Under the pieces are notes generated by a model. The model was not told the DNA's origin. It ran no database searches and saw only the letters and a program-made list of their open reading frames with translations. Shown piece after piece: positions 20,981 through 30,728 of a DNA stretch of 64,000 nucleotides (its first letter is position 1; each line of letters begins with the position of its first letter). A program made the translations under genes and the position numbers. This DNA is from Planctomycetota bacterium (GTDB lineage Bacteria > Planctomycetota > B15-G4), in assembly GCA_038212275.1 (NCBI GenBank), contig JBBQUR010000005.1, positions 138,911-202,910 of the forward strand, written 5' to 3'.

Positions 20981-23101
20981 ATGGGAAACCACGGAAATCA
21001 GCTCACGCGGGGAGTCCAGGCGCTTGCCGTGCTGACCCTCCTGACCGCAGCCGGGCAGGCCTCGGCGCAGTCGCTGGCCGACCTGCAGCCCGGCCGGAAC
21101 TTCACCAGCTCGGCCAACTTCGGCACGAATCGCTCGGAGAACATCGACCCGGGCGACGTGGACAACGACGGCGACATGGACGTCGGCGTGGCCAACGGCG
21201 GTGACTTCGGCAAGGAGGCCAACCGCCTCTTCATCAACCTCGGCGGCCTGCAGGGCGGCACCGTGGGCCTGTTCACCGAGGAGACAGCGACGCGCTTCGC
21301 CGGCGTGACGCTCGACACCTCGCGCGACATCGAGTTCGTGGACGTGGACAACGACGCCGACCTCGACGTGTTCATCGCCAACCGCGGCAACCTGGTAAAC
21401 GGCGGCGAGCCCAGCCGCTTCTACACCAACCTTGGCGGACTGCAGGGCGGCACGATCGGCTTCTTCCAGGAGGACACGAACCTGCGCTGGGGCCAGCTCG
21501 TGGGCGTGCCGCTCGGCGATCAGGTGTTCGGCGGCAACGCCGGCCCCTTCCGCGAATACTCCTGCGATTGCGACTTCGCGGACCTCGATGACGACGGCGA
21601 CAGCGATCTCTTCTTCAGCAGTTACGGGCCGGCCCTCAACGGGACGCGCGAGTCGCGCATCTTCCTGAACAGCGGATCCGGCGTGTTCGACGAGTTGTAC
21701 CCGTGGGCCAACGCCGGAGCCGACATCAAGCTCCACACCTTCGACATGGATCTCGCGGACCTCGACGGCGACTTCGACATCGACATCTCGATGTCCAGCC
21801 GCGACAGCCAGGCGCGGCAGTACATCAACAATCTGTACAACCCGCTGAGCTCATCGCCATTCCAGGACACGACGCAGTGGGCGCTGCTCACGGGCCAACC
21901 GGGCGGCTCCGCCAGCGTGAACTACGAGACCGAGTACGCCGACGTGGACGGTGACGGCGACTTCGATCTCTGGATGCTGGACTACAACGGCAACCTCGAT
22001 CGCGTCTTCCGCAACGACGGATTCACACCGGGACAGGGCGCGCATTTCACCCAGATGAACGCCTGGCTCAAGGGCGACCCGAATGTGGACGAGAACGAAA
22101 TCGACTTCATCGACTACGACGGGGATGGCGACCTCGACGCCTTCATCGCCAACTTCAGCGGCACGAATTACATGTACCAGAGCGGGCTCGCGCAGGGCCT
22201 GCACTACGACACCGTGGGCCTGTTCCACCGCACGGGCCTGGCATCCGGACTCTCGCCCAATCCGGAACTCCCGTCTACCTTCAACGGTAACACCACGCTC
22301 GACGCCGATGTCGCCGACATCGACAACGACGGCGACGATGACCTGCTGCTGTGCAACGACGCCAACCAGCAGAACTATCTCTTCCGCAACGTGCTCGGCG
22401 TGCCCGATACGCATGCGCCGACCTTCTACAAGCTGACTGTCGTGCCGGCCAACGTGCCGAATGGCATCCCGCAGGTCGTGCACGCACAGATCCGCGACAA
22501 CACCAGTTACTACCTGACCAGCTTCTACCCGGCCGTGCTGCACTACTCGGTGAACAACGGCCCGGACGTGGCATTGCCGATGTTCGCTCAGGGCAGCATG
22601 CAGTTCCGCGGGGTCATTCCGGCGCAGACCGACGCCACCGTCTCCTACTACATCGAGTGCGCCGACCTCGCCGGCAACATCTCGGCCTGTGCCGTGATGT
22701 GCTACGAGCAGGGCGTCGCGCCGACGCCGTGGAGCAACCTCGGCTTCGGGCTCGCGGGAATCGCGGGCGTGCCGACGCTCACCGGCACCGGCTCGCTCGT
22801 CGCGCAGTGTCCGCTGACGCTCGACCTCGCGAATGCCAGGCCCGCAGCGCTCGCCGCGCTCTTTCTGTCGATCACGTCGACACCCGTGCCCTTCAAGGGC
22901 GGCATGCTGGCTGCCTTCCCGCCGCTCTCCGGCTTCCCGCTGCTGCTCTCGACCGGCGCCGGCACGCTGTCGCTGCCCGCGACGATGCCCTCCGGCACGA
23001 GCGGCCTCGGCCTCGAGCTTTTCCTCCAGTACGCCATCGCTGACGCGGCGGCCGTCAAGGGCGTCGCGCTGAGCAATGCGCTCAAGGGCGACGTGCCGTA
23101 G
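20981..23101 (+). CDS. Secreted FG-GAP/VCBS-repeat beta-propeller protein with C-terminal beta-sandwich-like domains
   Basis: Signal peptide ending ASA-Q and about 7 D-x-D-x-D-G-D-x-D repeats. SD GGGAG. Confidence 0.88.
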   Translation: MGNHGNQLTRGVQALAVLTLLTAAGQASAQSLADLQPGRNFTSSANFGTNRSENIDPGDVDNDGDMDVGVANGGDFGKEANRLFINLGGLQGGTVGLFTEETATRFAGVTLDTSRDIEFVDVDNDADLDVFIANRGNLVNGGEPSRFYTNLGGLQGGTIGFFQEDTNLRWGQLVGVPLGDQVFGGNAGPFREYSCDCDFADLDDDGDSDLFFSSYGPALNGTRESRIFLNSGSGVFDELYPWANAGADIKLHTFDMDLADLDGDFDIDISMSSRDSQARQYINNLYNPLSSSPFQDTTQWALLTGQPGGSASVNYETEYADVDGDGDFDLWMLDYNGNLDRVFRNDGFTPGQGAHFTQMNAWLKGDPNVDENEIDFIDYDGDGDLDAFIANFSGTNYMYQSGLAQGLHYDTVGLFHRTGLASGLSPNPELPSTFNGNTTLDADVADIDNDGDDDLLLCNDANQQNYLFRNVLGVPDTHAPTFYKLTVVPANVPNGIPQVVHAQIRDNTSYYLTSFYPAVLHYSVNNGPDVALPMFAQGSMQFRGVIPAQTDATVSYYIECADLAGNISACAVMCYEQGVAPTPWSNLGFGLAGIAGVPTLTGTGSLVAQCPLTLDLANARPAALAALFLSITSTPVPFKGGMLAAFPPLSGFPLLLSTGAGTLSLPATMPSGTSGLGLELFLQYAIADAAAVKGVALSNALKGDVP

Positions 23102-23196
23102 CGCCCGGCGAAGCAGCAGCTCGGCCGCCGCGCAGGATCCGCTCGTGCTCTCGTGCTAGGTCGTGGAGAATCCACGACTCGCACGGGAGACCCGAC

Positions 23197-24279
23197 ATGA
23201 AGCCGACCGAACGCCTGCACCGCCTGGGCCAGAGCCTGTGGCTCGACAACATCTCGCGCGGCCTGCTCGATGACGGCAGCCTCGCGCGCACGATCCGGGA
23301 GCTCTCGGTGACGGGGCTCACCTCCAATCCCACCATCTTCGAGCACGCGATCCGCGGCGGGCACTACGACGCCGCCATCCGCAGGAAGGCTGCGGCGGGC
23401 CTGCAGCCCGAGCCGCTGTTCTTCGAACTCGCGCTGGAGGACATCACGCGCGCCGCCGACTTGTTCCGGCCGGTGCATGAGGCGACCTGCGGGGTGGATG
23501 GGTGGGTCTCGCTCGAGTTGTCGCCCGACCTCGCCGACGACACGCAGGCCAGCATCTCCGCGGCCTACGACCTGCACACGCGCGCCGGGCGCAGCAACGT
23601 CTTCATCAAGATCCCGGGCACACCGGCCGGCATCCCGGCCATCGAGGAATCCATCTTTGCCGGCGTGCCGGTGAACGTGACGCTGCTGTTCTCGGCCGAG
23701 CAATACCTCGCCGCGGCCGGCGCCTACCTGCGCGGCATCGAGCGGCGCCTCGCGGCCGGACTCGACCCCGACGTGCGCTCCGTGGCCTCGCTCTTCGTGA
23801 GCCGCTGGGACACGGCCGTCGCAGACAAGGTGCCCGCCGCGCTGCGCGACCGGCTGGGCATCGCGATCGCGCGCCGCACCTACCGCGTGGCGCGCGAGCT
23901 GCACGAGAGCGACCGCTGGCTGGCGCTGCTCAATGCCGGAGCGCGAGCCCAGCGCGTGCTGTGGGCCAGCACCAGCACCAAGAGTGCCAGCGCACCCGAC
24001 GTCCTTTACGTGGAGGCGCTGGCCGCGCCACACACCGTGAACACGATGCCGGACAAGACGCTGGCGGCCTTCGCCGACCACGGCTGCGTGGCCGCCCTCA
24101 TGCCGCGCGACGGCGGCGACGCCGAGGCCGTTCTCGAACAATTCACGAAGGCCGGCGTGGACCTGTCCGCCCTGGCCGGCAAGTTGCAGCGCGACGGCGC
24201 CGCCTCCTTCGCCAGATCGTGGAAGGACCTGCTCGCCGGCATCGCGGAGCGCAGCGCCACGCTGGGCAGCGCGCACTGA
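23197..24279 (+). CDS. tal: Transaldolase (long, type 2)
   Basis: GQSLWLDNISR, GLTSNPTIF, VSLE, NVFIKIP (Schiff-base Lys), VNVTLLFS, SVASLFVSRWD, LWASTSTK, TVNTMP. Confidence 0.95.
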   Translation: MKPTERLHRLGQSLWLDNISRGLLDDGSLARTIRELSVTGLTSNPTIFEHAIRGGHYDAAIRRKAAAGLQPEPLFFELALEDITRAADLFRPVHEATCGVDGWVSLELSPDLADDTQASISAAYDLHTRAGRSNVFIKIPGTPAGIPAIEESIFAGVPVNVTLLFSAEQYLAAAGAYLRGIERRLAAGLDPDVRSVASLFVSRWDTAVADKVPAALRDRLGIAIARRTYRVARELHESDRWLALLNAGARAQRVLWASTSTKSASAPDVLYVEALAAPHTVNTMPDKTLAAFADHGCVAALMPRDGGDAEAVLEQFTKAGVDLSALAGKLQRDGAASFARSWKDLLAGIAERSATLGSAH

Positions 24280-24436
24280 GCACTGAGCGTTGAGCCCTGA
24301 GCGTTGAGCCCTGAGCCCTGAGCCGTGAGCCCTGAGCCGTGAGCCGTGAGCCGTGAGCCGCGAGCCGCGAGCCGCGATGCGCCGCGATGCGCCGCGACGA
24401 GATGCGCCGCGCCGCGCTGCGCCGCGCCGCGATGCG
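24277..24436. repeat. Intergenic tandem array: 14 heptamers (TGAGCNN grading to CGAGCCG) followed by GC-rich 10/5-mers
   Basis: Units counted at 24277-24374, then (cgatgcgccg)x2 and cgccg/cgctg pentamers. Confidence 0.92.
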
Positions 24437-24520
24437 GACGGACGGGTTCGTGCGCGGCGTGCTGCCGTGAGCTAGACAGCGGCGTTTTCGAAACGACATT
24501 TTCCAAGGCAGGAGATTCGC

Positions 24521-25270
24521 GTGGGCAAGCTGGGAGGCAAGGTGGCTGTGGTGACGGGTGCATCCAAGGGCATCGGCGCGGGCATCGCGACGGCGCTCGG
24601 CGCGGCAGGCGCCTCGGTGGTCGTGAACTACTCGTCGAGCCGTGAAGGAGCCGACTCGGTCGTCGCGGCGCTCCGCGCGGCCGGCGGCAAAGCGCTCGCC
24701 GTGAAGGGCGACGTCTCGAAGTCGGCGGATGTGCGTCAGCTCTTCGCGGAGACCATCGCGGCCTTCGGCAGCCTCGACGTGCTCGTCAACAACGCGGGCA
24801 TCTACAAGTTCGCGCCGCTCGAGGAAGTGACCGAAGCTCACTTCCACCAGCACTTCGACGTCAATGTCCTCGGTCTGCTGCTCGCGACGCAGGAGGCGTG
24901 CCGGCACTTCGGACCCGCGGGCGGCAGCGTGATCAACATCAGTTCGGTGGTGAGCCGCAACGCGATGCCCGGCAGCTCGGTCTACTCGGCGACGAAGGCC
25001 GCGGTGGATTCGATCACGCGCGTTCTCGCCGCGGAACTCGGGCCGCGCAGGATCCGCGTCAACGCCATCAACCCGGGCGGCGTGGAGACCGAAGGCACGC
25101 GCACAGGCGGCATCGTCGGCAGCGACATGGAACGCATGATGGTGTCGCAGACCCCGCTGGGTCGCCTCGGACAGCCGGAGGACATCGCCTCCGTGGCGGT
25201 CTTCCTCGCATCATCCGATGCCGGCTGGATGACCGGCGAGTCGATGCTGGTCTCCGGCGGGCTGCGCTGA
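24521..25270 (+). CDS. Classical SDR oxidoreductase (glucose 1-dehydrogenase / FabG-like)
   Basis: TGASKGIG, NNAG, NISS, YSATK, IRVNAINPG, PLGRLGQPED. SD AGGAG. Confidence 0.93.
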   Translation: MGKLGGKVAVVTGASKGIGAGIATALGAAGASVVVNYSSSREGADSVVAALRAAGGKALAVKGDVSKSADVRQLFAETIAAFGSLDVLVNNAGIYKFAPLEEVTEAHFHQHFDVNVLGLLLATQEACRHFGPAGGSVINISSVVSRNAMPGSSVYSATKAAVDSITRVLAAELGPRRIRVNAINPGGVETEGTRTGGIVGSDMERMMVSQTPLGRLGQPEDIASVAVFLASSDAGWMTGESMLVSGGLR

Positions 25271-25334
25271 CGGAGAGCCGCCTCGCCCCCGGATCACGTC
25301 CGATGCGACGGGCTCGTCCACGCCGCCGGTGGGT

Positions 25335-27878
25335 TCAGCGCGTGCGCGGGCGCGGACGCCGCTGCGGCGCCGCGGACAGCGGGTCCTCGGGCCAGGCGTG
25401 CCGCGGATAGCGGCGTGAGAGTTCGCGCCGCGTCTGCGGATAGACGTTTGCCCAGAAGCTGGCGAGATCGTCAGTGACCTGCTCGGCCCGGCCATTGGGT
25501 GCGAGCAGGTGCAGCAGCACCTTGACCTGCCCGCCGAGCACGCGCGGCGTTTCGCGCTGGCCGAACAGCTCCTGCATGCGCACGGCCAGCACGGGCGCGC
25601 GCGCCGGGTCGTAGTCCAGTGCGGGATGGCTGCCGCTGGCCAGGACCAGGCGCTCGGGGGCGAGGCGCTCGAGTGCGGCACGCTGCGGCGGGTCGAGCGC
25701 GTCGCGCAGGCGGGCGGCCAGCGGCACGCGCTGAAGGTCTTCGAACGAGCGACAGTCGTCGCACAGGGACGGGAGCAGCGCGCGCAGCCCGTCGTCGTCG
25801 AAGGTCGGCAGCGAAAGGTCGGGGCGCTGCGCGGCCAGCCAGCGCAGGCGCGCGAGAAAGGCCTGCACGCCGGGTTCGCGCAGCGGCAGGGCCTCGGCCA
25901 GGCGCTCGGCGGCGGCAACGGCCAGGCACTGCGCGACCTCGTCGGCACCGGGCAGCGCGGCGGGCGACTCTTCCAGTGCGAGCTCCTCGAACAGCACGCG
26001 GCGCACGGCGGCCACGCGCAGCGTGCGTGCGTCGAAGGCCGCTTCGGTGCACGTGACGAGGCGCGAGGGATCGAGCCACTCGCGGCGCACCGCACTGGCC
26101 ATCCGCGCCAGCGCATCGCCGCCCGAGCGCGCGTCGAGGTCAAGCGCGAGAAACAGCGGCGCATCGCGCACGGCGCTGCGCGGATCGAGCGTCACGCCGC
26201 GGCCGCCGGCCATCACGGCGCGCGGACTGCCGGGTTCGCGCCGGCGACACAGGCGGTCTGGGAAGGCCGCCAGCAGCGCGCGTCCCAGGGCTTCGGCGGC
26301 CACCTCGCGCGAGCCGCCGGTCTCCTGCAGCAGATCCAGCAATTGATCGCGCGCGCGCAGGATGCCGCGTGCGCCGGCCACGTGCAGCTCGCCCAGCTCG
26401 GAGTGGCGCACGCCGCGTGTCTCGAAGTCCTCCAGCGCAGCGACGCGATCGGACACGTCGCAGGCCGAGGCATGCGTGGCGCGGCGCGCATGCGGTGGCT
26501 GCCGGCCACGCAGGAAGGGGTCGCGCTCGGCGAGCAACGCCGCGGCAAGCGCGGCCTGCCTCGCCACGCCGAGGGCCGCGCCCTCGAGGAGCAGGCGTGC
26601 CAGGCGCGGATGCACCGGCAGGCGCGCCATCGCGCGGCCGGCCGGCGTCAGGCCGCGCACGGCGGCGTCGGTCGCGCCGAGGCGCGACAGGAGCGTCAGC
26701 GCTTCGTCCAGCGCCGCGCGCGGCGGAGCCTGCAACCACGGGAAGGCGTGCACGTCGTGCTCGCCCCAGTCGAGCAGCTGCAGCACCGGGCCGGTGAGGT
26801 CCACGCGCAGCACCTCGGGCTGCTCGGCGGCGGGGCGCGCGCGGTGTTCGAGCTCGGTCCACAGCCGCACGCAGGTGCCCGGTTCGGTGCGGCCTGCGCG
26901 ACCGGCGCGCTGCTCGGCCGAGGCGCGCGAGATCGGCACCAGCTCGAGGCGGTCGAGTCCCACGGCAGGGTCGAAGGACAAGCGCCGCTGCAGCCCGCTG
27001 TCCACCACGCCCGTGACGCCCTCGACGGTGACCGAGGTCTCGGCCACGTTGGTGGACAGGATGACGCGCCGTCGCGGCCCGCGCCGCAGCGCGTCGTCCT
27101 GGCGCTCGGGTGGCAGGTCGCCGTAGAGCTCGACGAGCTGCACGTCCGCGCGCGCGGCCAGCGGCGCGAGGTCCTCGGCGCAGCGGCGGATCTCGCCCAC
27201 GCCGGGCAGGAAGACGAGCACGTCGCCGCGCGTGGCCGCCAGCGCCTCGGTGACGCCCGCAGCCACGGCGCGCGACAGCGGCTCGTCACGCTCGCTGCGG
27301 CGCCAGCGCTGCTCGATGGGGAAGAGCCGCCCCTCGCACGTGAGCACAGGTGCGTCGCCGAGGAAGGCAGGCAGCGCGGACCCGAGGTCGCTGGCGGACA
27401 TGGCCAGCAACCAGAGATCGGGGCGCGCCGCCTGCACGCGCCGGAGCAGGGCCAGCGAAAGGTCGCTGTCGAGGTGCCGCTCGTGGAATTCGTCCAGCAC
27501 CACGGCGCCGGCGCGCGAGAGCAACGGGTTGTCCTGCAACCTGCGCACGAGCAGGCCTTCGGTCAACACCAGCAATCGCGTGCGCGGGCCCGCGCGTCGG
27601 TCGAAGCGCACGGCGTAGCCGACCTCGTCGCCGAGCCGCACGCCGCGCTCTTCGGCGATGCGCCGGGCGGCAGCGCGCGCGGCCAGGCGCCGCGGTTGCA
27701 GCACGAGCACGTCGCGCGCCTCGCCGCCTCGCGCGGCCAGCGCATCCATCAGCGCCGGCGGCACGCGCGTCGTCTTGCCCGAGCCGGTGGGCGCACGCAG
27801 CACCGCCGCGCCATGCGCTCCCAGCGCGGCCAGCAATGCGGGCACGACGGCGTCGACGGGCAGAGGCGTGATGGGCAC
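25335..27878 (-). CDS. hrpB: ATP-dependent RNA helicase HrpB
   Basis: APTGSGKTT, QPRRLAAR, DEFHER, FLPGVGEI, STNVAETSVT, QRAGRAGR. HrpB C-terminus: QELFG, LLAPNGR..QVTDDLASFW, RYPRHAWPEDP. Confidence 0.95.
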   Translation of the reverse strand: MPITPLPVDAVVPALLAALGAHGAAVLRAPTGSGKTTRVPPALMDALAARGGEARDVLVLQPRRLAARAAARRIAEERGVRLGDEVGYAVRFDRRAGPRTRLLVLTEGLLVRRLQDNPLLSRAGAVVLDEFHERHLDSDLSLALLRRVQAARPDLWLLAMSASDLGSALPAFLGDAPVLTCEGRLFPIEQRWRRSERDEPLSRAVAAGVTEALAATRGDVLVFLPGVGEIRRCAEDLAPLAARADVQLVELYGDLPPERQDDALRRGPRRRVILSTNVAETSVTVEGVTGVVDSGLQRRLSFDPAVGLDRLELVPISRASAEQRAGRAGRTEPGTCVRLWTELEHRARPAAEQPEVLRVDLTGPVLQLLDWGEHDVHAFPWLQAPPRAALDEALTLLSRLGATDAAVRGLTPAGRAMARLPVHPRLARLLLEGAALGVARQAALAAALLAERDPFLRGRQPPHARRATHASACDVSDRVAALEDFETRGVRHSELGELHVAGARGILRARDQLLDLLQETGGSREVAAEALGRALLAAFPDRLCRRREPGSPRAVMAGGRGVTLDPRSAVRDAPLFLALDLDARSGGDALARMASAVRREWLDPSRLVTCTEAAFDARTLRVAAVRRVLFEELALEESPAALPGADEVAQCLAVAAAERLAEALPLREPGVQAFLARLRWLAAQRPDLSLPTFDDDGLRALLPSLCDDCRSFEDLQRVPLAARLRDALDPPQRAALERLAPERLVLASGSHPALDYDPARAPVLAVRMQELFGQRETPRVLGGQVKVLLHLLAPNGRAEQVTDDLASFWANVYPQTRRELSRRYPRHAWPEDPLSAAPQRRPRPRTR

Positions 27879-27908
27879 GCGGCGAGGATAGCGGGAGCGG
27901 GTGCGCCT

Positions 27909-28784
27909 CTAGCGAAGGCTCTCGATGAGCGCTTCACTCAGGTGCGCGTATTCCGCACCGATGGCTCCGCCTGCCTTGTGCGCAAGGGCGAGCGACTCGC
28001 TCGCTGCGGCAAGCGCGGCCTGCTTGTCGCCGAGCTTCGCGAGGATCAGCCCCTTGCGGTAGATGATCCAGAAGGCCTCGGGCTGTTCCTTGATCGCCTC
28101 GTCCATCCACGCGACGGCCTGCTTCAGGTCGAGGTCGTGCGCGTAATAGAACATTGCCGCATCGAGCCAGGGCTTTTTGCCCGTGCCTTCCATCGCCGTC
28201 CGGATCTGCGGCAGCAGCACCTTCACGACGTTGGTCTGCAGGGTGATCGGGACGCGCGTCCTGTCCCAGGTGATGTTCAGCGTGGCCGCGTCGTCGCTCA
28301 CGTCCGACAACCCGATGGTCATGGTTTCCACGGCCTCCGGCAGCGCGACCGGCTTCACCTTGATGCGCACGAGATCGTTCTTCTCGTCGTAGGCATAGGA
28401 ACCCCACTGGCCGTCGACCTTGTTCAGGATGACGGTCCACTCGTCCGCGCCGGGAATCGTGAACAGCGCGTACGAACCCGCCGGCACCTCGGCGCCGCCG
28501 AAGGCCACGTCGGTGCCGAAGCTGATCTTCGTCGCGGAGTTGGCGCCCGTGCGCCAGACCTCGCCGTAGGGCACGAGCCCGCCGAAGATCCTGCGGCCCT
28601 TGACGCCGGGGCGCGCATACACGACCTCGACGTCGGTCAGACCGACGCGTTCCTTCACCGTGGCGGGAGGACTGGCTTTGGGAAACTCGAGCTTGACGTC
28701 CTGGGGCGGCATCGCGCGCACCTCCGCGACGAGAAACGAACCGACGAAGGCGCAGAGCACGACGGGCAGGATGTTGATCTTCAT
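27909..28784 (-). CDS. DUF2911 domain exported protein with a C-terminal TPR
   Basis: Signal peptide, ASP, YARPGVKGRRIFGGLVPYGEVWRTGAN, YALFTIP, WGSYAY. Confidence 0.85.
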   Translation of the reverse strand: MKINILPVVLCAFVGSFLVAEVRAMPPQDVKLEFPKASPPATVKERVGLTDVEVVYARPGVKGRRIFGGLVPYGEVWRTGANSATKISFGTDVAFGGAEVPAGSYALFTIPGADEWTVILNKVDGQWGSYAYDEKNDLVRIKVKPVALPEAVETMTIGLSDVSDDAATLNITWDRTRVPITLQTNVVKVLLPQIRTAMEGTGKKPWLDAAMFYYAHDLDLKQAVAWMDEAIKEQPEAFWIIYRKGLILAKLGDKQAALAAASESLALAHKAGGAIGAEYAHLSEALIESLR

Positions 28785-28817
28785 GGCCGCGAATCCTAGC
28801 GACTGCCGGGCGTGACT

Positions 28818-28863
28818 GTCACGCACCGCCGTCACGCACCGCCGTCGCGCACCGCCGTCGCGC
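28818..28863. repeat. 13-bp direct repeat (GTCRCGCACCGCC), about 3.5 copies
   Basis: Read directly; lies upstream of the DUF2911 gene. Confidence 0.85.
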
Positions 28864-28935
28864 GCAGGTCAGTCCGGACGGCGCGTCACCCGTGCGTTGC
28901 GCGGGCCGCGATGGCGCCGGCTACCAGCCCTCTTC

Positions 28936-29712
28936 CTACCAGCCCTCTTCCAGGCGCAGCGCCAGCGCGAAGGGCAGGCCCTGCGTCGCGCGGATCGCGC
29001 GGGCCGTGGCATCGAGGTCATAGGCGACGCGCCGGAAGCTGACCAGGCGTCCGTCGAAGAGGGCGTACGACGCGCGCACGTCGCCGTCGCGCGGCTGGCC
29101 CACCGAGCCGACGTTCACGATGCAGCGCTCGCCGCGCGTGTCGAAGCGCCCGTCGCAGGCCGCAGGCGAGGTCCACGAGAAGTCCTCGCCGATGACGCCG
29201 GGCACGTGCGTGTGGCCGATGAAGCACGGGCGGTCGATAAGCTTGAAGGCCCGGGCAAGCTTCGGCGAGTAGTCGCGGCTGCGCGGCATCTGGTCGAGCG
29301 CGTCTTCCTGGAAGAGGTACTCGTCCAGCGGCTGGGCGGGCGAGCCGTGCACGAGCACCGCGGTCGGCTGGTCGCTGCGCTCCGGCAGGCTCGCGATGAA
29401 CTGCAGCAGGTCGCTCGACGACGCGGCGGCGAGGTCCAGCTGGGCGCGCGTCCAGCGGATGGCGGCCGCGGCCATGGGATTGAAGCCGGTGGGGCCCTCC
29501 AGCACGGCCTGCTCGTGATTGCCGCGAATGAAGGCGCTTGCGCGTTCGCGCAGCATCTCCAGGCACGCCACGGGTTCAGGGCCGTAGCCGACGACGTCGC
29601 CGAGGCACCACAGCTCGTCGGCGCCCTGTGTGCGGGCGTCGTCCAGCACCGCCTCCAGGGCGTGGCGATTGCCGTGCACGTCGCTGACGATCGCGATGAG
29701 TCCCGGTGCCAT
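28936..29712 (-). CDS. Calcineurin-like metallophosphoesterase (MJ0912/YfcE-like)
   Basis: SDVHGN, LGDVVGYG, GNHE, VHGSP, GHTH, NVGSVGQPRDG. Confidence 0.92.
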   Translation of the reverse strand: MAPGLIAIVSDVHGNRHALEAVLDDARTQGADELWCLGDVVGYGPEPVACLEMLRERASAFIRGNHEQAVLEGPTGFNPMAAAAIRWTRAQLDLAAASSSDLLQFIASLPERSDQPTAVLVHGSPAQPLDEYLFQEDALDQMPRSRDYSPKLARAFKLIDRPCFIGHTHVPGVIGEDFSWTSPAACDGRFDTRGERCIVNVGSVGQPRDGDVRASYALFDGRLVSFRRVAYDLDATARAIRATQGLPFALALRLEEGW

Positions 29713-29774
29713 GCTGCGGCAGCATCCGTATGCGCCGTGCAGCGGTCAATGCGTGCGGGCGGCGGGGCGCACTC

Positions 29775-30728
29775 TCACGATGGCGTGCCGAGCAGGGCGC
29801 CCATGTATCCGCTGATCGCGGCGCCCACATCGATGCCGGTCGTCCGGCTGATTCCGGACAGGCCCGGCGAGCTGTTGACCTCGAGCACCAGGGGGGACAG
29901 GTCCTCCACGAGCAGGTCCACGGCTGCCACGTGCAGTCCGAGAGCGCGCGCCGCCCGCAGCGCCAGCGCCGTTTCCGCGGAGGTCGCCTCGATGGCCGCG
30001 GCCTGCGCTCCGTAGCCGAGGTTGCCACGGCCGATGCCCGGCGCGGGCCGACGCTCCATGGCCGCGACGACAGCCTCGCCGACGATGAAGAGCCGCCGGT
30101 CGATGCCGCCGCCGAGGAATGGCTGCACGAGCACCGGCCCGCTGCCGTCCGCGAAGGCCGCGGCCCGGCGCTCCGCCTCCGCGCGGCCGATGCCCACCGT
30201 CACGCCGCGGCCCGAGCTGCCGGCGGCCGGCTTGACCACGAAGAGCTGGCCGGGCCGCTCGGCGCCGGGAAGCGCGCCGAGAGACGTCGGACCGTCTCGC
30301 ACCACGCAGAGCGTGGGCGGCACCGGAATGCCGGCGGCCGCGAGCGCGGCGAGGCTCGCCGCCTTGTCGTGGGCGATGCGCAGGGCGCCGGCCGGATTGA
30401 GCACGCGCGCGCCGGCGCGCTCCCAGACGTCGAGGCCGAGCAGCAGCTCGGCGGGCGTGCCCGACGGCAGGCGCGGCAGGAGCACCGTCCGCGCGAGGGC
30501 CGTCGCGGTCGCCGCGGTTCGCGCAGGTGGTGGCTGCGCCGGATGCATCCAGCGTGCGCGCAGGCCGGCGCGCGCGCAGCAGGCCAGCAGGGCGGGCACG
30601 TCGGAAACCTCGCTGGCGCGGCACAGGATGAGGCACTCGCCGCCATCGTCCCGTCCGCCGCCACCCGCAGGATCTCCCGCCTCCGGGGCGGTCGCGGAGG
30701 TGGGTTTCGGACGCGGCTCTGTCACCAC
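29775..30728 (-). CDS. RimK-family ATP-grasp ligase
   Basis: HDK, IPVPPT, VVKPAAGSSGRGV, VQPFL, D.RLFIVG, RGNL..G, AVDLL, LEVNSSPG. Start uncertain. Confidence 0.88.
   Translation of the reverse strand: MVTEPRPKPTSATAPEAGDPAGGGGRDDGGECLILCRASEVSDVPALLACCARAGLRARWMHPAQPPPARTAATATALARTVLLPRLPSGTPAELLLGLDVWERAGARVLNPAGALRIAHDKAASLAALAAAGIPVPPTLCVVRDGPTSLGALPGAERPGQLFVVKPAAGSSGRGVTVGIGRAEAERRAAAFADGSGPVLVQPFLGGGIDRRLFIVGEAVVAAMERRPAPGIGRGNLGYGAQAAAIEATSAETALALRAARALGLHVAAVDLLVEDLSPLVLEVNSSPGLSGISRTTGIDVGAAISGYMGALLGTPS

Noticed and set aside
24277-24436. Possible CRISPR array
   Set aside because: Contiguous 7-bp units with no unique spacers, and no cas genes in the window.
25509-28799. Very long alternative-frame ORFs (e.g. 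1096 aa here, 1099 aa at 9158-12457, 1285 aa at 58838-62695, 879 aa at 12882-15521)
   Set aside because: These are shadow ORFs of well-supported genes in GC-rich DNA. They are Arg/Ala/Gly-rich and have no recognisable motifs.
25335-30728. hrpB, phosphoesterase and ATP-grasp as an anti-phage or RNA-repair system
   Set aside because: hrpB and the DUF2911 gene each appear to have their own -10 box, the genes are common housekeeping types, and I saw no defence or mobility markers.
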